55,572 nucleotides of DNA from Octopus bimaculoides (lineage: Eukaryota), in NCBI RefSeq assembly GCF_001194135.2, contig NC_068981.1, forward strand, positions 64,011,678-64,067,249. Direction: 5' to 3'. This document shows, piece after piece, positions 23,617-35,973 of the stretch; position 1 is the first letter of the stretch; every line of letters begins with the position of its first letter. The notes under the pieces were generated by a model. The model was not told where the DNA came from. It did not search any database and worked only from the letters and a program-made list of their open reading frames with translations. The position numbers and the translations under genes were made by a program.

Positions 23617-23820
23617 TGGCAGATTAGTTAGCAAGTCGGTCAAAATGCTTTGCGGCATTTCGTCCGTCTTTACGTTCTGAGTTCAAATTTCCGCTGCGGC
23701 CAATTTTTTCTTTCGGGGTCGATAAAATAAGTACGAATGTGCGCACCGGTGTCGAAGTAATGGAATGGCCCCTCGCCACAAAATTTCAGACCTTGTACTT
23801 ATAGTGGGAAGGATTATTAT
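23617..23820 (+). mobile_element. SINE family E
   Basis: GGCAGATTAGTTAGC..CGTTCTGAGTTCAAAT..TTTCGGGGTCGATAAAATAAGTAC..CCTTGTACTTATAGTGGGAAGGATTATTAT. Confidence 0.85.
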
Positions 23821-24019
23821 TCTACTACTTTATCTTCCTTTTCTTCTTTGTCTCCTGGATGTTATTAAAATCATTACTGCAATATTTTTATAATGTTAAT
23901 AAAAGGTTCAATACTACTTCATTATTTCAAAACTGGTCCTTCTAATGTCCCCTTTTCTAAATACATTGCGGCAATAATAAAGCAACAATTATTTACTATA
24001 GTAGCAGTACTTCTTTAAA

Positions 24020-24175
24020 CTCTTTACGTTCTGTACTCCAAGCTTTGTCCAGGTCAACTTTGCTTTCATTATTTCGGGGGTCGATAAAAATAAACTACCA
24101 TTTAAGTGCTGGCGTTGAAGTAATCGACAAGTTTCTCCTCTCAAATTTTGTTGCCTTGTTTCTATGCATAAAGCA
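24020..24175 (+). mobile_element. SINE family E fragment
   Basis: CTTTACGTTCTG..GGTCAACTTTGCTTTCAT..TTTCGGGGGTCGATAAAA. Confidence 0.7.
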
Positions 24176-24479
24176 AATGGCATTCATATAATTAGTCCCA
24201 TCGTCGTCATCTTCATCACCCCACCATCACCGAAGCATTATCACCTTCATCATCGCTGTTATTGCTAATATTCCTAAATTTTATATTCGCAAATTCGTTT
24301 CCAAAGCTATCCGTCTCTTTACTGGTTGAGACTTTAAGGATAGCGATATAAATGCTTTCTTTTTAATGGCAGAAACCGAACGATATGTTTCCATTTATAG
24401 CTACCAACAGTAGCTCATTCCTTCGTTTGGTGACATTGGTATGAACAATGAATGGGAGTGGCTAAGACACTCAAGAAGA

Positions 24480-24720
24480 AAATAAACGATGCAGTCAGCA
24501 AAAGATGAGTAGAGCTTAGTAAGGAAGACCCATCTCCTCTTGGAAATGTATGAAGTTTGCAGTGTTTTAAATAGCCAGTGAGTCACTAATGGACGACTAG
24601 AATGAATTGTAAGATTTAGGAAGAAATAAAATGTTTACAAGGAAGATAGCTACAATTAAGAAGAGAGCATATGAGAAAGAGTGAGTGCTAGTAAAGACAG
24701 CTTTACAGCGCTATACTTTG
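24480..24720 (+). mobile_element. Possible highly decayed RTE-type LINE RT 3' fragment
   Basis: Piecemeal translation (LVRK..YEVC.SVL..ASES..RNKM) loosely resembles the RTE-clade 'LYxxCVRSxxLYxSExW...RNE..M' region; many disruptions. Confidence 0.3.
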
Positions 24721-25145
24721 TATTAGCTCAACCAACAGAAGAGTGTGGACTGTTTCATACCTAACGCATCTGCTTTGATCATGGTCTTCAGTACTTGGAT
24801 ATGAAGTATATGAGACAGAAAGATGCTTTGCGCTAATGAAATCTAAGAGCCGGCTCATCATTAATTATTTCAAAATTCAATGTGTACATTTATATTGCAT
24901 TTAATTAATTAAATATATTTTTTAAGGGATTTTGAATAAATTTTATTACTCATTTACCTATTATATAATTAATTTTTCTTTGCACCTCATAATTAAAGTG
25001 TAAATCTGTTTAAGCATTTTTACACTGATTTGTTACACATTTCCAATCACATTGTTGAATTAGGAATAGTCTCTGATCGGCAAAATAACAGAATTTGTTA
25101 TGTAAGAGGTATTGGATAATAGATTCGGTTGCATGGTGGCAAAAA

Positions 25146-25856
25146 ATGCCCTTCTGTATCGAATCACCACATAAATATCCACATAAAAATACAGAACTCC
25201 ACAGTCACAACAGACATATTTTACAAAAAAACTGACACACACCAATATTAAATTTTTACTCTTGCCATCCATCACACATCAAAAGAAACATCCCATACAG
25301 CATGGCAAGACGCATCTGTGTTATAGTAACTGACCCCAAAATACGTGAAATCCGACTCGATGAGCTCAAAGGCTTCCTCACAATGCAGAAATACCCCTTA
25401 GGCTTAATTAATATGGGAATTAAAGAGGCGGTGTAACTGAACATCACCCAACTACGGACACCAAAGGAAAAAGTTAATGAAATCACAATTCTGTTAATGA
25501 AATCACGATTCTGGAATAACCAACATCTTTCACGCCATAAAAATGAACTTACCTATACTCCTACAAAGTTCCAAAATGAAAAATCTGATTGAAAAAAATA
25601 ACACCTTTCGGAATAATAGACGCCAGCCAAAAAATCTTAAACATCTCACAAGTGCAGAATTCAAACCCGAGAATGAACCAGAATTCTTTGTAAAAGAATG
25701 TGAAGATAAGAGATACGGAACATGCAACAATAACAAATTCAAATACTTAGAAAGTGGTTTCCACATAAAATTCAAGAGCGGATCCCTTTTCAAAACAAAT
25801 GTAGATATGAACTGCAAAGCGCAAAACTTCAAATACTGCATTACCTGCCCAAACAG
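25146..25856 (+). mobile_element. Penelope-like element (PLE) ORF remnant: RT C-terminus/thumb, Cys/His linker and start of GIY-YIG endonuclease
   Basis: Translation with frameshifts: TDIFYKKTDTHQY/FYSCHPSHIKRNIPYSMARRICVIVTDPKIREIRLDELKGFLTMQKYPLGLINMGIKEA ... RQPKNLKHLTSAEF ... VKECEDKRYGTC ... DMNCKAQNFKYCITCP. These are characteristic PLE motifs; truncated before the YIG motif. Confidence 0.9.
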
Positions 25857-26019
25857 CAACGATACTCTCTGTACGTCACTTATTTATGATCTGAATAAAT
25901 AAAAGATGTCATAATCAGTATTACTGACAACATGTACCATGATCTCCTCATCCTTGACCCAACAGAATATCTAAGATGTGACAACTGGAGAGAAAGAGAG
26001 CCGTACAGGCCCATCCCTG

Positions 26020-26130
26020 ATACTTTGCTTACTGATTCCGAAAGGATAAAATGTAAAGTTCCCCAACGGGATTTAAGCCCCAAACGCAGAAGATAGGAAT
26101 AATTACGACAAATATTGTATCTACCATTCT
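26020..26130 (-). mobile_element. SINE family E, decayed fragment
   Basis: CCGAAAGGATAAAATGTAAAGTT..GGATTTAAGCCC matches the family E body in reverse. Confidence 0.55.
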
Positions 26131-26321
26131 TACGTGTCTTTCACAACAACATTTGGAAATACTAAATATATTTACCACATAAATATGAGTACTAATGTTT
26201 ATGAGTACCACATAAACATTAGTACTGTGTGGAATACATTACTAAGTGTTAATATTTATCTCCGCTTAAATGTGGATGTTGTGTTAGAACAATTGCTGCT
26301 ATCTCTAGCGGTCGTGCGTCC

Positions 26322-26363
26322 ATCATTGATGAGACCAAAGAAGGTCGAAATTATGTGATCTGG
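26322..26363 (+). ncRNA. Degenerate minimal type I hammerhead ribozyme-like motif
   Basis: AUCA-[UUGAUGA]-GACC(AAAGAA)GGUC-[GAAA]-UUAUG-UGAU: perfect 4-bp stem II and 4-bp stem I; core deviations C3>U and G at the cleavage position. Confidence 0.5.
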
Positions 26364-27769
26364 TGATCTCGACGCGGGCGATGGCGGGAATTTATCTCCC
26401 CGCTCGCGATATAAATAAGAGTGTATTTTTCATCAAAAGTCAGTATGAAAGTTTCTCTCATGATATCTACCGAGGTATAGTTTGTTCTTACAGAACATCC
26501 ACGTTTAAGGGCGATAAATATTACCTCTTGGTATTAATACTGCCTCTATCACTGATATAGTGTACTAAGTTTTCACTTAGTGAAGCCAGGAGCCAGTTCA
26601 GGTTAGTAATAAGACGAATATGCAGTGATTAAAGTTAATTTTGGATCATGTATAACAGCCTCAACTTTGGCCTTATACATACAAGGTTGCTTGTGAATTC
26701 TCTCACTGCGTGTTAATTACTGTACCCATTATGAATAATGAGGGTTAGTTTTATCCCTCATTAAATTAAAAGCAGGATCCAATTTCGGTTAATAAAATTA
26801 ATTTGTATTACTGGTACTTTTCGGTTATGCATGTACATCTCAACATCGTATTAACCTATGGAGGAAACATATATCTAAGTATGTATAATAGTCATTAGAC
26901 AAAACGATAATGTGCAGCTATGTTGAGATTACAACCTGCGTAATGAGCACTCATCTCAATATAGCAGAAAACAGAGATTTCTTCCTTTATACAGGAAGCT
27001 CTGGCTCGTTCTTATCTTTCGTGGAAATTTAAATCCGCTTGCTTAGTAAGAAGTTGGAGCTGATATATTCGTAAAAGCGTTTCTTTAAGCGCCTTATGGA
27101 AACCACTTTGTGACTCTTAATGTTTCCACAGTTTTACAAGACACATTTCTCCACGGTCCCGGCTTTAAAGACACATTTCTCCATCTTTCGAAGATTCTTT
27201 CTTTCTTATCTACGTTAAACTCCTCGCCCTTAAGAACTTTTAAACCAAGCAAAAATGTAATTAACTACAGGTATATATTTTGGCAGCTTATATCGCAGTT
27301 CTAAGCTTACTTAAATTTCTAACGCTCGGAATAGCTGTGTATTACACAGAAAAGGATTAATAGATAGTTGGGAATTTTGAGAATCTGTATAAAGTAGACT
27401 TCACATCATGGTAACAGCTTACTTTATTATTACTTATATGATAAAATAGTGAGAAGTGAATTATAAGAAATATAAACTTGTGAGTTAAAATAAACTAGGG
27501 CGTTACCCGCAAAATGTCTAGCATTTATCTTTAACATCTGTCTATCTAGATATCTATCTATATATCTCTCTATCTAGCTGTTTATCTATCTATCTATCTA
27601 TCTTTTTTTTTCTCGATCCCTTTTGATCGAACTCCCCCCTTTTTCCCTTCCTACGATCCCTTTTGATCGACACTCCCCCCATTTTTTTCCTTCCCCCTCC
27701 CCAAAAGAAAAGCTCTACATTGTATTTGTCCCATCTTTGTTGAGCCCTGTGTGGCTAATAAAAGAAATG

Positions 27770-27836
<67 letters not shown>

Positions 27837-28451
27837 TTATCTATCCAGTTAGCTAGCTGTCTATATATCCATCACTAAAATATGTATATATAAAATGTAA
27901 AAAACATACTTCTGTCTATGTTTGTCTGTCCGGCAGTATACACCCTCACCCCCCCCCCCATACACACACACATGCATTCATACACTAACACACAACCTCT
28001 AAGTATCTGTATGTGTGTACCCGACAGACAAATGAGTCAGTTTTTAGTCATATAATTGTGTACGAAAATTGGGAAGAACCATTAGACGAAGGAGAAAATG
28101 CCTTATAGTAGTGTTTAGACACTCTGTACTTTGCACTCAAATTCCTCCGCGACCAACGGAGGAGCCAAATGATGTGCAAAAACTATCTGGAAAAATCAGT
28201 TCGAAGATATACGAAACATGTCAAACACAGACCCCGCGCAAGAATAATCGTTCTCTGGTAATAAAATTTCTTAAAGGCATTTTCAGAACGAAATATTTTC
28301 AGTGCTTGCACAAGCGAGACAGAATGAATGAAAGGGAAACGAGTCAAGGCGTTTTCTGTCGCAACCAAAGAAGACAAAAATATTGGTTATACTTTGCTTT
28401 AAATGTTTGCGACGGCACAAAGATATACAAGTAAACACGGACACACACACA

Positions 28452-28547
<96 letters not shown>

Positions 28548-28850
28548 AAGGGAGACAGAAACATGTCGACACAAACACATAGAACGCATAAAGCAAAATT
28601 GAAGACTACAGGAACGGTTGATTTTGTAGAAATGGCAATCAAATTTTACTCAAAGAATACGTTGCATGTTGATAAAAAACAGAAAACAATAACACATTGG
28701 ATAATGTGGTCTTGACTTCCTGCAGATAAGGGTAAGCATGTTAGTCATGACTGGAATTCTACATATTCCAACTCAGGGTTAACTGAAAGAGGACCAACAG
28801 ACGATGTGGACTATAGTGAGGCCGATGGATAAAAAAAAAATAATAAAAAA

Positions 28851-29225
28851 TAGTGGAATTTAAAAATCAAACGAACACCAAGTTAAAACATAACCAGCCA
28901 GATATTGTGTGGGACCGCAAGGAAAAGGCATGCTCTTTTGTGGAAATCAGTTGCCCTGTGGACACCAGTTTGTTTCGAAAAATAAAGGAGAAAGGGAAAA
29001 TTTACGGACCATTGTTAAGGAGTTTGCAAATTCAGTATCCAAAATACTTTCAGCTTCATACCTATTATTATTGGGGCAACGGGACACATACCAGCTCGAC
29101 TGGAACAAAGTATGGGTGAACTTGGGATCTTGGGGAGAGAATGTAAATCTTTAATTCATATGCTACAAATGATCATATCTGGGACTTTAAGAATCTACAA
29201 GACATTCTTAAGATTTAAAGGATGA
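28851..29225 (+). mobile_element. 3' end of an R4/Dong-like non-LTR retrotransposon: restriction-like endonuclease (RLE) domain remnant
   Basis: With frameshifts: WNLKI..NTKLKHNQPDIVWDRKEKACSFVEISCPVD...K.KIYGPLLRSLQIQYPK/FSFIPIIIGATGHIPARLEQSMGELGILGRECKSLIHMLQMIISGTLRIYKTFLRFKG*. PD..E-x-S-x-P and PIIIGxxG motifs are typical of RLE LINE C-termini. Confidence 0.85.
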
Positions 29226-29367
29226 TGGTTAAAACATGATATTTTCCTTCACATCCTTGCTACCAAGCAAGCGACCGGTCAAAATTTATTCTAAATTAAA
29301 AATAGAAAAAGAACATACATTCATAGACGTGGCGGGATATGTAAAGAATCCTTTCTATTATACGCTT

Positions 29368-29727
29368 TCTACTCTTTTACTCTTTTACTTGTTTCAATCA
29401 TTTGACTGCGGCCATGCTGGAGCACCGCCTTTAGTCGAGCAGATCGACCCCAGGACTTATTCTTTGTAAGCCTAGTACTTATTCTATCGGTGTCTTTTGC
29501 TGAACCTGGTGGGGGGACAAACAAAGCCACACAAACACACACATATATATACATATACATATATACGACGGGCCTCTTTCAGTTTCTGTCTACCAAATCC
29601 ACTCACAAGGCTTTGGTCGGCCCGAAGCTATAGTAGAAGACACTTGCCCAAGGTACCACGCAGTGGGACTGAACCCGGAACCATGTGGTTCGTAAGCAAG
29701 CTACTTACCACACAGCCACTCCTGCGC
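29368..29727 (-). mobile_element. Best-preserved SINE family A/B copy
   Basis: Head GCGCAGGAGTGGCTGTGTGGTAAG, B-box GGTTCAGTCCC, internal TG/TA microsatellite, tail (GAGTAAAA)n. Confidence 0.92.
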
Positions 29728-29730
29728 AAA

Positions 29731-29830
29731 GACTGAAATTTGTGGGAGGAGTTAAATCGATTACATCGACCACAGTACTCAACTTATTCACCCCGAAAGG
29801 ATGAAAGATAAAGTCGACCTCGACAGATTT
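29731..29830 (-). mobile_element. SINE family E fragment
   Basis: CCCCGAAAGGATGAAAGATAAAGTCGACCTCG. Confidence 0.8.
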
Positions 29831-30299
29831 ATAGATAATGTGACAGAGATGTTTGTGGTGAAGTAGCTTTTAGTAGTATTTGTTATTCCTCATGCCTTTT
29901 ATTTGCCTTTTTTCTACTCCACGTCTTTCCTTTCAATTGTTTCTCTTTCACAGCCACTTCCCTCAGTTCCATTCCGATACATCAGTTTAGAACAAGTAGA
30001 CCGATGTTTATGAGCATTTCAACTGCGTCCACCTATATTTTAGTTTAACTCTATCGCTTAAATGTGCTGTCTCATCTTTAAGACATGAGTTGTAGAAATT
30101 TGACTGTTATTTCTAGTATTTGTAGTAACCACGTAAAAAACCCTACGTCATGGTAGTATTAAGAGGTAGAGATGGAGAAAGAAATACGAAGTAGCAGCAG
30201 TAATGTTATGTAAGTGGTGGTGGCGGCGGTGGAGGTCATGGTGCATCGCCTTGGGGTAAATATGCGTGATTAGAGAATGAAATGTTAAAAAGATTAGTT

Positions 30300-30532
30300 C
30301 GTTCTGTTGGAGGTTGGATAGAAGAACAATAGAGGGAGAGACGAGTAGAGAGGGAGAGGGAGGGAGAGGAGTAGAGAGGGAGAGTTACTGAGAAAGAGAG
30401 AGAATAACTCAGAGAAAGAGAGGATTATTCTGAGGGAGAAATAGGGAATCACTCAGAGAGAGAGAGAGAGAGAGAGTTACTTAGAAAGTGGGTTACTTAG
30501 AGAGAAGCGGTGAGTAAGAAAAAAGAAAGAAT

Positions 30533-30593
<61 letters not shown>

Positions 30594-31092
30594 NNNNNNN
30601 NNNNNNNNNNNNNNNNNNNNNNNNNNNNNNNNNNNNNNNNNNNNNNNNNNNNNNNNNNNNNNNNNNNNNNNNNNNNNNNNNNNNNNNNNNNNNNNNNNNN
30701 NNNNNNNNNNNNNNNNNNNNNNNNNNNNNNNNNNNNNNNNNNNNNNNNNNNNNNNNNNNNNNNNNNNNNNNNNNNNNNNNNNNNNNNNNNNNNNNNNNNN
30801 NNNNNNNNNNNNNNNNNNNNNNNNNNNNNNNNNNNNNNNNNNNNNNNNNNNNNNNNNNNNNNNNNNNNNNNNNNNNNNNNNNNNNNNNNNNNNNNNNNNN
30901 NNNNNNNNNNNNNNNNNNNNNNNNNNNNNNNNNNNNNNNNNNNNNNNNNNNNNNNNNNNNNNNNNNNNNNNNNNNNNNNNNNNNNNGAGTGGACATTAAA
31001 CAGAGACAGAAAAAGAGAAAAATTTATATAAGGAGAGTTACTTAGAGAGTTGGCATGAGAAAGAAGGAAAGTAAGGATGAAAGCTATACAGA

Positions 31093-31135
<43 letters not shown>

Positions 31136-31400
31136 GAAAAGAGAGAGGAAGAGTGAAAAAAGAGAGAAAGAGTAAAATTTATTGAAGGAGGTGGTGAAAT
31201 GAGAAGGAAAAAAGAGGAAGATTGAGACAAAGTCTTTGAGACCAAACATAAAGAAAGAAAATAGACAGATAGATAGACAGACAGATAGATCGATCGATAG
31301 ATAGATAGAGAGATAGATAGATAGATAGATAGAGAGATAGAGAGATAGAGAGATAGAGAGATACATAGATATAATAGAGAGATAGAGAGAGAGGGGGAAA
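30300..31400. repeat. Purine-rich (GA)n/(GATA)n low-complexity region spanning a gap
   Basis: Directly visible. Confidence 0.85.
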
Positions 31401-32644
31401 CTAATGATAAAAGGCAAGGAGGCAGTGGTGGTTGTGGTGGTGCCGTTGATGGATGGTGCTTAAAATGATGCTTTGGTGGTGGTGGTGGTAGTGGTGTATG
31501 TGGAGGTGGTTGAGTTAAGAGAGTTAGTGCGTGTGTCATTAATACACACACACATACACACACAAACACACACACACACGCAGAGACATATATATATATC
31601 GGTGGTTTAAGCGGCCCAGCATGCGAATGTCAAATCGTTTGAGTGAGTTAATGTGAAGGGCGCTGGGCGTCTGTCAGAAGTCACACTAAAGATGTGAATA
31701 AGTCCATTGAAATGAAATAAAAACCAATCTTTTGAAATAAGCTTGGAGAATAATATGAGGGCGATCGTTTAAGAGGATGAAGAACGTTGTTGTAGGTGGT
31801 GATGATGGTGGTGGTGGTGGTGGTGGTGGTATGGTGGTGGTGNNNNNNNNNNNNNNNNNNNNNNNNNNNNNNNNNNNNNNNNNNNNNNNNNNNNNNNNNN
31901 NNNNNNNNNNNNNNNNNNNNNNNNNNNNNNNNNNNNNNNNNNNNNNNNNNNNNNNNNNNNNNNNNNNNNNNNNNNNNNNNNNNNNNNNNNNNNNNNNNNN
32001 NNNNNNNNNNNNNNNNNNNNNNNNNNNNNNNNNNNNNNNNNNNNNNNNNNNNNNNNNNNNNNNNNNNNNNNNNNNNNNNNNNNNNNNNNNNNNNNNNNNN
32101 NNNNNNNNNNNNNNNNNNNNNNNNNNNNNNNNNNNNNNNNNNNNNNNNNNNNNNNNNNNNNNNNNNNNNNNNNNNNNNNNNNNNNNNNNNNNNNNNNNNN
32201 NNNNNNNNNNNNNNNNNNNNNNNNNNNNNNNNNNNNNNNNNNNNNNNNNNNNNNNNNNNNNNNNNNNNNNNNNNNNNNNNNNNNNNNNNNNNNNNNNNNN
32301 NNNNNNNNNNNNNNNNNNNNNNNNNNNNNNNNNNNNNNNNNNNNNNNNNNNNNNNNNNNNNNNNNNNNNNNNNNNNNNNNNNNNNNNNNNNNNNNNNNNN
32401 NNNNNNNNNNNNNNNNNNNNNNNNNNNNNNNNNNNNNNNNNNNNNNNNNNNNNNNNTGGTGGTGGTATGGTGGTGGTGGTGGTGGTAGTGGTGATGGTGG
32501 TGGTGGTGGTGATGGTGGTGGTGGTGGTAGTAGATGGTGGTGTTGGTGGTGGTGTTGGTGGTGGTAGTGGTAGTGGTGGGATGACAATAAAAGGTGTCGG
32601 GATGAGGTGTCTGGGAAAGGATGTGGTGAAGGTTTTTAGATTTA

Positions 32645-32648
32645 TATG

Positions 32649-32711
<63 letters not shown>

Positions 32712-33310
32712 ACATGTAAGTATATACGTAGGTATGTATATATGTATGTATGTATGTGGGTATGTATATATGTATGTATGTGAGTATGTATATATGTATG
32801 TTTATATGTATATATGTATGTGAGTATATATATATGTATGTATGTGAGTATGTATATATGTATGTTTATATGCATGTATGTATGCGTGTGTATATGTATG
32901 ACTATGTACGTGTATGTATATGTTCATGCATGTGTTTGAGTTTATGTGTACATAATGTAAATGTGTTTGTGTGCGTATGTTTGCATTTTGTTCGTGAGTA
33001 TATATACAATATGATTTTATATTGATAAGCACGTATGCACATATATGCAACTATATGTGTGTATATATAGGTATGGGTGGATATATATGCATATATCTGT
33101 ATGTGTATATGTATATGAATGCATAAGTATATAAAAGCATGTATGTATACTTGTGCGTGCGTATTCATGTATGTTTTTGCATGTGTGTATGTATGAATAT
33201 GTGTATGCGTATATATGCTTGTTGTATTGGAAAGGCATGCACAATGCACAATATGTACGAATACTTGTGTATATGTGTGTACGTGCGTGTGTGTGTGTGT
33301 GTGTATTTGC
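32645..33310. repeat. (TA)n/(TATG)n/(TG)n compound microsatellite region
   Basis: Directly visible. Confidence 0.9.
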
Positions 33311-34147
33311 AGAACTATGATATGGGCGTTTTAAACGCTTCGTGAGTTATACGTGATATATATATATATATATATANNNNNNNNNNNNNNNNNNNNNNNN
33401 NNNNNNNNNNNNNNNNNNNNNNNNNNNNNNNNNNNNNNNNNNNNNNNNNNNNNNNNNNNNNNNNNNNNNNNNNNNNNNNNNNNNNNNNNNNNNNNNNNNN
33501 NNNNNNNNNNNNNNNNNNNNNNNNNNNNNNNNNNNNNNNNNNNNNNNNNNNNNNNNNNNNNNNNNNNNNNNNNNNNNNNNNNNNNNNNNNNNNNNNNNNN
33601 NNNNNNNNNNNNNNNNNNNNNNNNNNNNNNNNNNNNNNNATATATATGTGTATATATATATATATATGCATATATATATATTATTTATATTACTATATGA
33701 TTGAACGCCACGCATTCATTTCCAAGTAAGTTTTAACTTAATAATTCTGATGCAACACTTTCTATATATATTCTATTCTATTCTATTATTCTATTACTCT
33801 TTCGCTTTTTCTCTTCTACTACTCTATTATTCTATCACTCTTTCGTTTTCTCTCTTCTTCTCTCTAATTCCTTTTATCTCCCCTTCTCCCCTTCTCGTTC
33901 TTTTCTCTCTTATCCTTTCTCTAATTTTTTCTCTCTCCCCTTCACCGTTCTCTGTCTGTCACTCTCTCTCCCTTACTCTCCTCCTCCTTTGCTCTGTCGA
34001 TGAATCTACGTGACCATTGGCCATCTTTCTTTCCCTACTTGTGTTTCTTTCTTCCCTTCTGATACAGCTGGCCCAATGAGACGCATTATTGCCTGTCTCC
34101 TTTCCAAGCTTGTTTCTTCGCGTTTGCTACCTCACTTCGTTTAGGCT

Positions 34148-34868
34148 TAGTAGCCCTTCATGTTTGTTTTCACTGTCCTGTTTTTGTTACCAATTTTGAT
34201 CCTCCGCAAATTCCCAAATTTTATTTAATTTGCTTTGCGGGAGCAACTGTTTTATCGAAGGTGTATCTTGTCGTGAAATGCTCGAAATACAGATTAGAAA
34301 AACAGCCGACAACTCATGAAGCGTCATTCTTTATGTTGCGTGTCTTGTTTTCCATTTGTATCCTTCGTTGTTCGCAAAAAAATTTTCATATTCCATGTAT
34401 TCATATTTCGTATTCTATATTTTTGTATTTTTGTTGTTTATGTTCTTTGACGTCCTGTGCCCACACATGCATATGTATATACGTATATATGTAAGTATGT
34501 ACACATACGTGTGTATATATGCACACACACAAACACACACACATATATATGCATACATATATGGGCACAGGACGTCACCAACAGTAAATAACATGAAATA
34601 CAAAAACAAATGAGTTCAATACGCAAACAACGAGAGAAACAAATGGAAGACATGACAAGTAACATAAAGAACGACCCTTCATCAGTTGTCAGCTGTCTAT
34701 CTACTCCACATTTCGAGCATTGAACGACAGTATGAGTCTTTGAAGACAGTTGCTCCGATAATTACCAAATTAAAATTTTGGATTTATGGAGAGTCAAAGG
34801 TGAGAATAGAAACAGAACAGTGGAGACATACAAAGAAACCGAACGAAAACAAACATGGAGGGTCATTA
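34148..34868. repeat. Inverted pair of family D modules (about 310-bp arms, roughly 70% identical by eye) around a microsatellite spacer
   Basis: Perfect inner 15-bp IR GACGTCCTGTGCCCA (34449-34463) / TGGGCACAGGACGTC (34562-34576); similarity continues outward to CCCTTCATGTTTGTTTTC / GAAAACAAACATGGAGGG. Confidence 0.8.
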
Positions 34869-35865
34869 GACCTACCTTCGTTCTGGTCTAACCTATGGCT
34901 AGTATATGACAGACGGAAACTGCGTAGAAACTGGGCCTGGTTTTTAGACTTGATCCAACATCACATTTTGGTACTAGTGTGTCATTAACAGACTCCAGTA
35001 TGTCGTATTTGGTCTGAATCTCTGACATGAGAACAACTTCCTTCGTTCATTCCACTCGTTACAGAGACTCTGGAAAGAATATTGGACACTTCCTTCGATT
35101 TTTTCACAAAGCGAAGGATGACTAAACTCTCACCTACAATTTTGGTGATGTTTGAACTAAACGTGAAGAAATTCTCTAAATCCATATAAAACTTCTTCCC
35201 ATAAAAAAGCGGTTGAAACATTATGATCAAACTAGTAATTTAATATAAGGTGTATGCCTATAAGTATATCAAGGATAGTCCCTGGTGTTTTTCCAAGCGA
35301 AAAATAATCGCATCTTGTACTCATTTTTGTTTTTAATATAAAATTTGGTACTCGGATTTATCACTCAGTTCTTTACTTCACGAGGCCTAAACACGTACCG
35401 ACGAACCGGTAAACCCAGGGCTATTATATTAAACTCTTAGCTTAGAGAGGTACCAACGAATTTTTATGTTCTTGCAGAATGCTACTGGTATCAAGAAAGA
35501 GATATCCCACCCTTTTACAAAATCATTCGTGCATAAAACTTTCAGGCCACGTGTGTCACGTAGTATATATTTTCTGCTAAAATCACTTGATTTAAAGAAG
35601 AAATTCTTCGCTACACAAATGAAGATTAATAAGGAAAATAAAACAGAACAGAATTTGGATGAAGTGACCGCAAAGGAGAAAGAACTGTAAGGAAGAACGG
35701 GAATAAAAGAGAATCATAGGAGAGAAGAATAGTATTAAAAGGTACTCCTTCGAAAACAACCCCATTGCTATGTTTAATTAAATATGTAAGATATATTTTG
35801 GTCATAGGAAATGTTCGATTAAGTTCAACCATGAAACAGTTTGAAAGAAAATAAAAACGGAGATA

Positions 35866-35905
35866 ATAATAACAACAACTACAACAACAACAACAACAAC
35901 AACAA

Positions 35906-35973
<68 letters not shown>

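Noticed and set aside
27494-27900. Helitron termini (ACTAG..CCCGC; TCTATATAT..)
   Set aside because: The motifs are short and common in this AT-rich context; no paired terminal hairpin plus CTAG could be defined.
28640-28760. CCHC zinc knuckle upstream of the RLE domain
   Set aside because: Fragments (RCML..TITH) are suggestive but need several frameshifts, so they were not included in the LINE call.
31600-31700. GC-richer unique patch as a possible exon
   Set aside because: There is an acceptor-like CAG on the minus strand but no donor before the microsatellite, and the peptide is unrecognisable.
34670-34730. Type II hammerhead in family D (CUC-GAAA ... CUGAUGA-A-GGG on the minus strand)
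   Set aside because: A short stem II is conceivable, but I cannot form stem I or stem III with an NUH site between the motifs.
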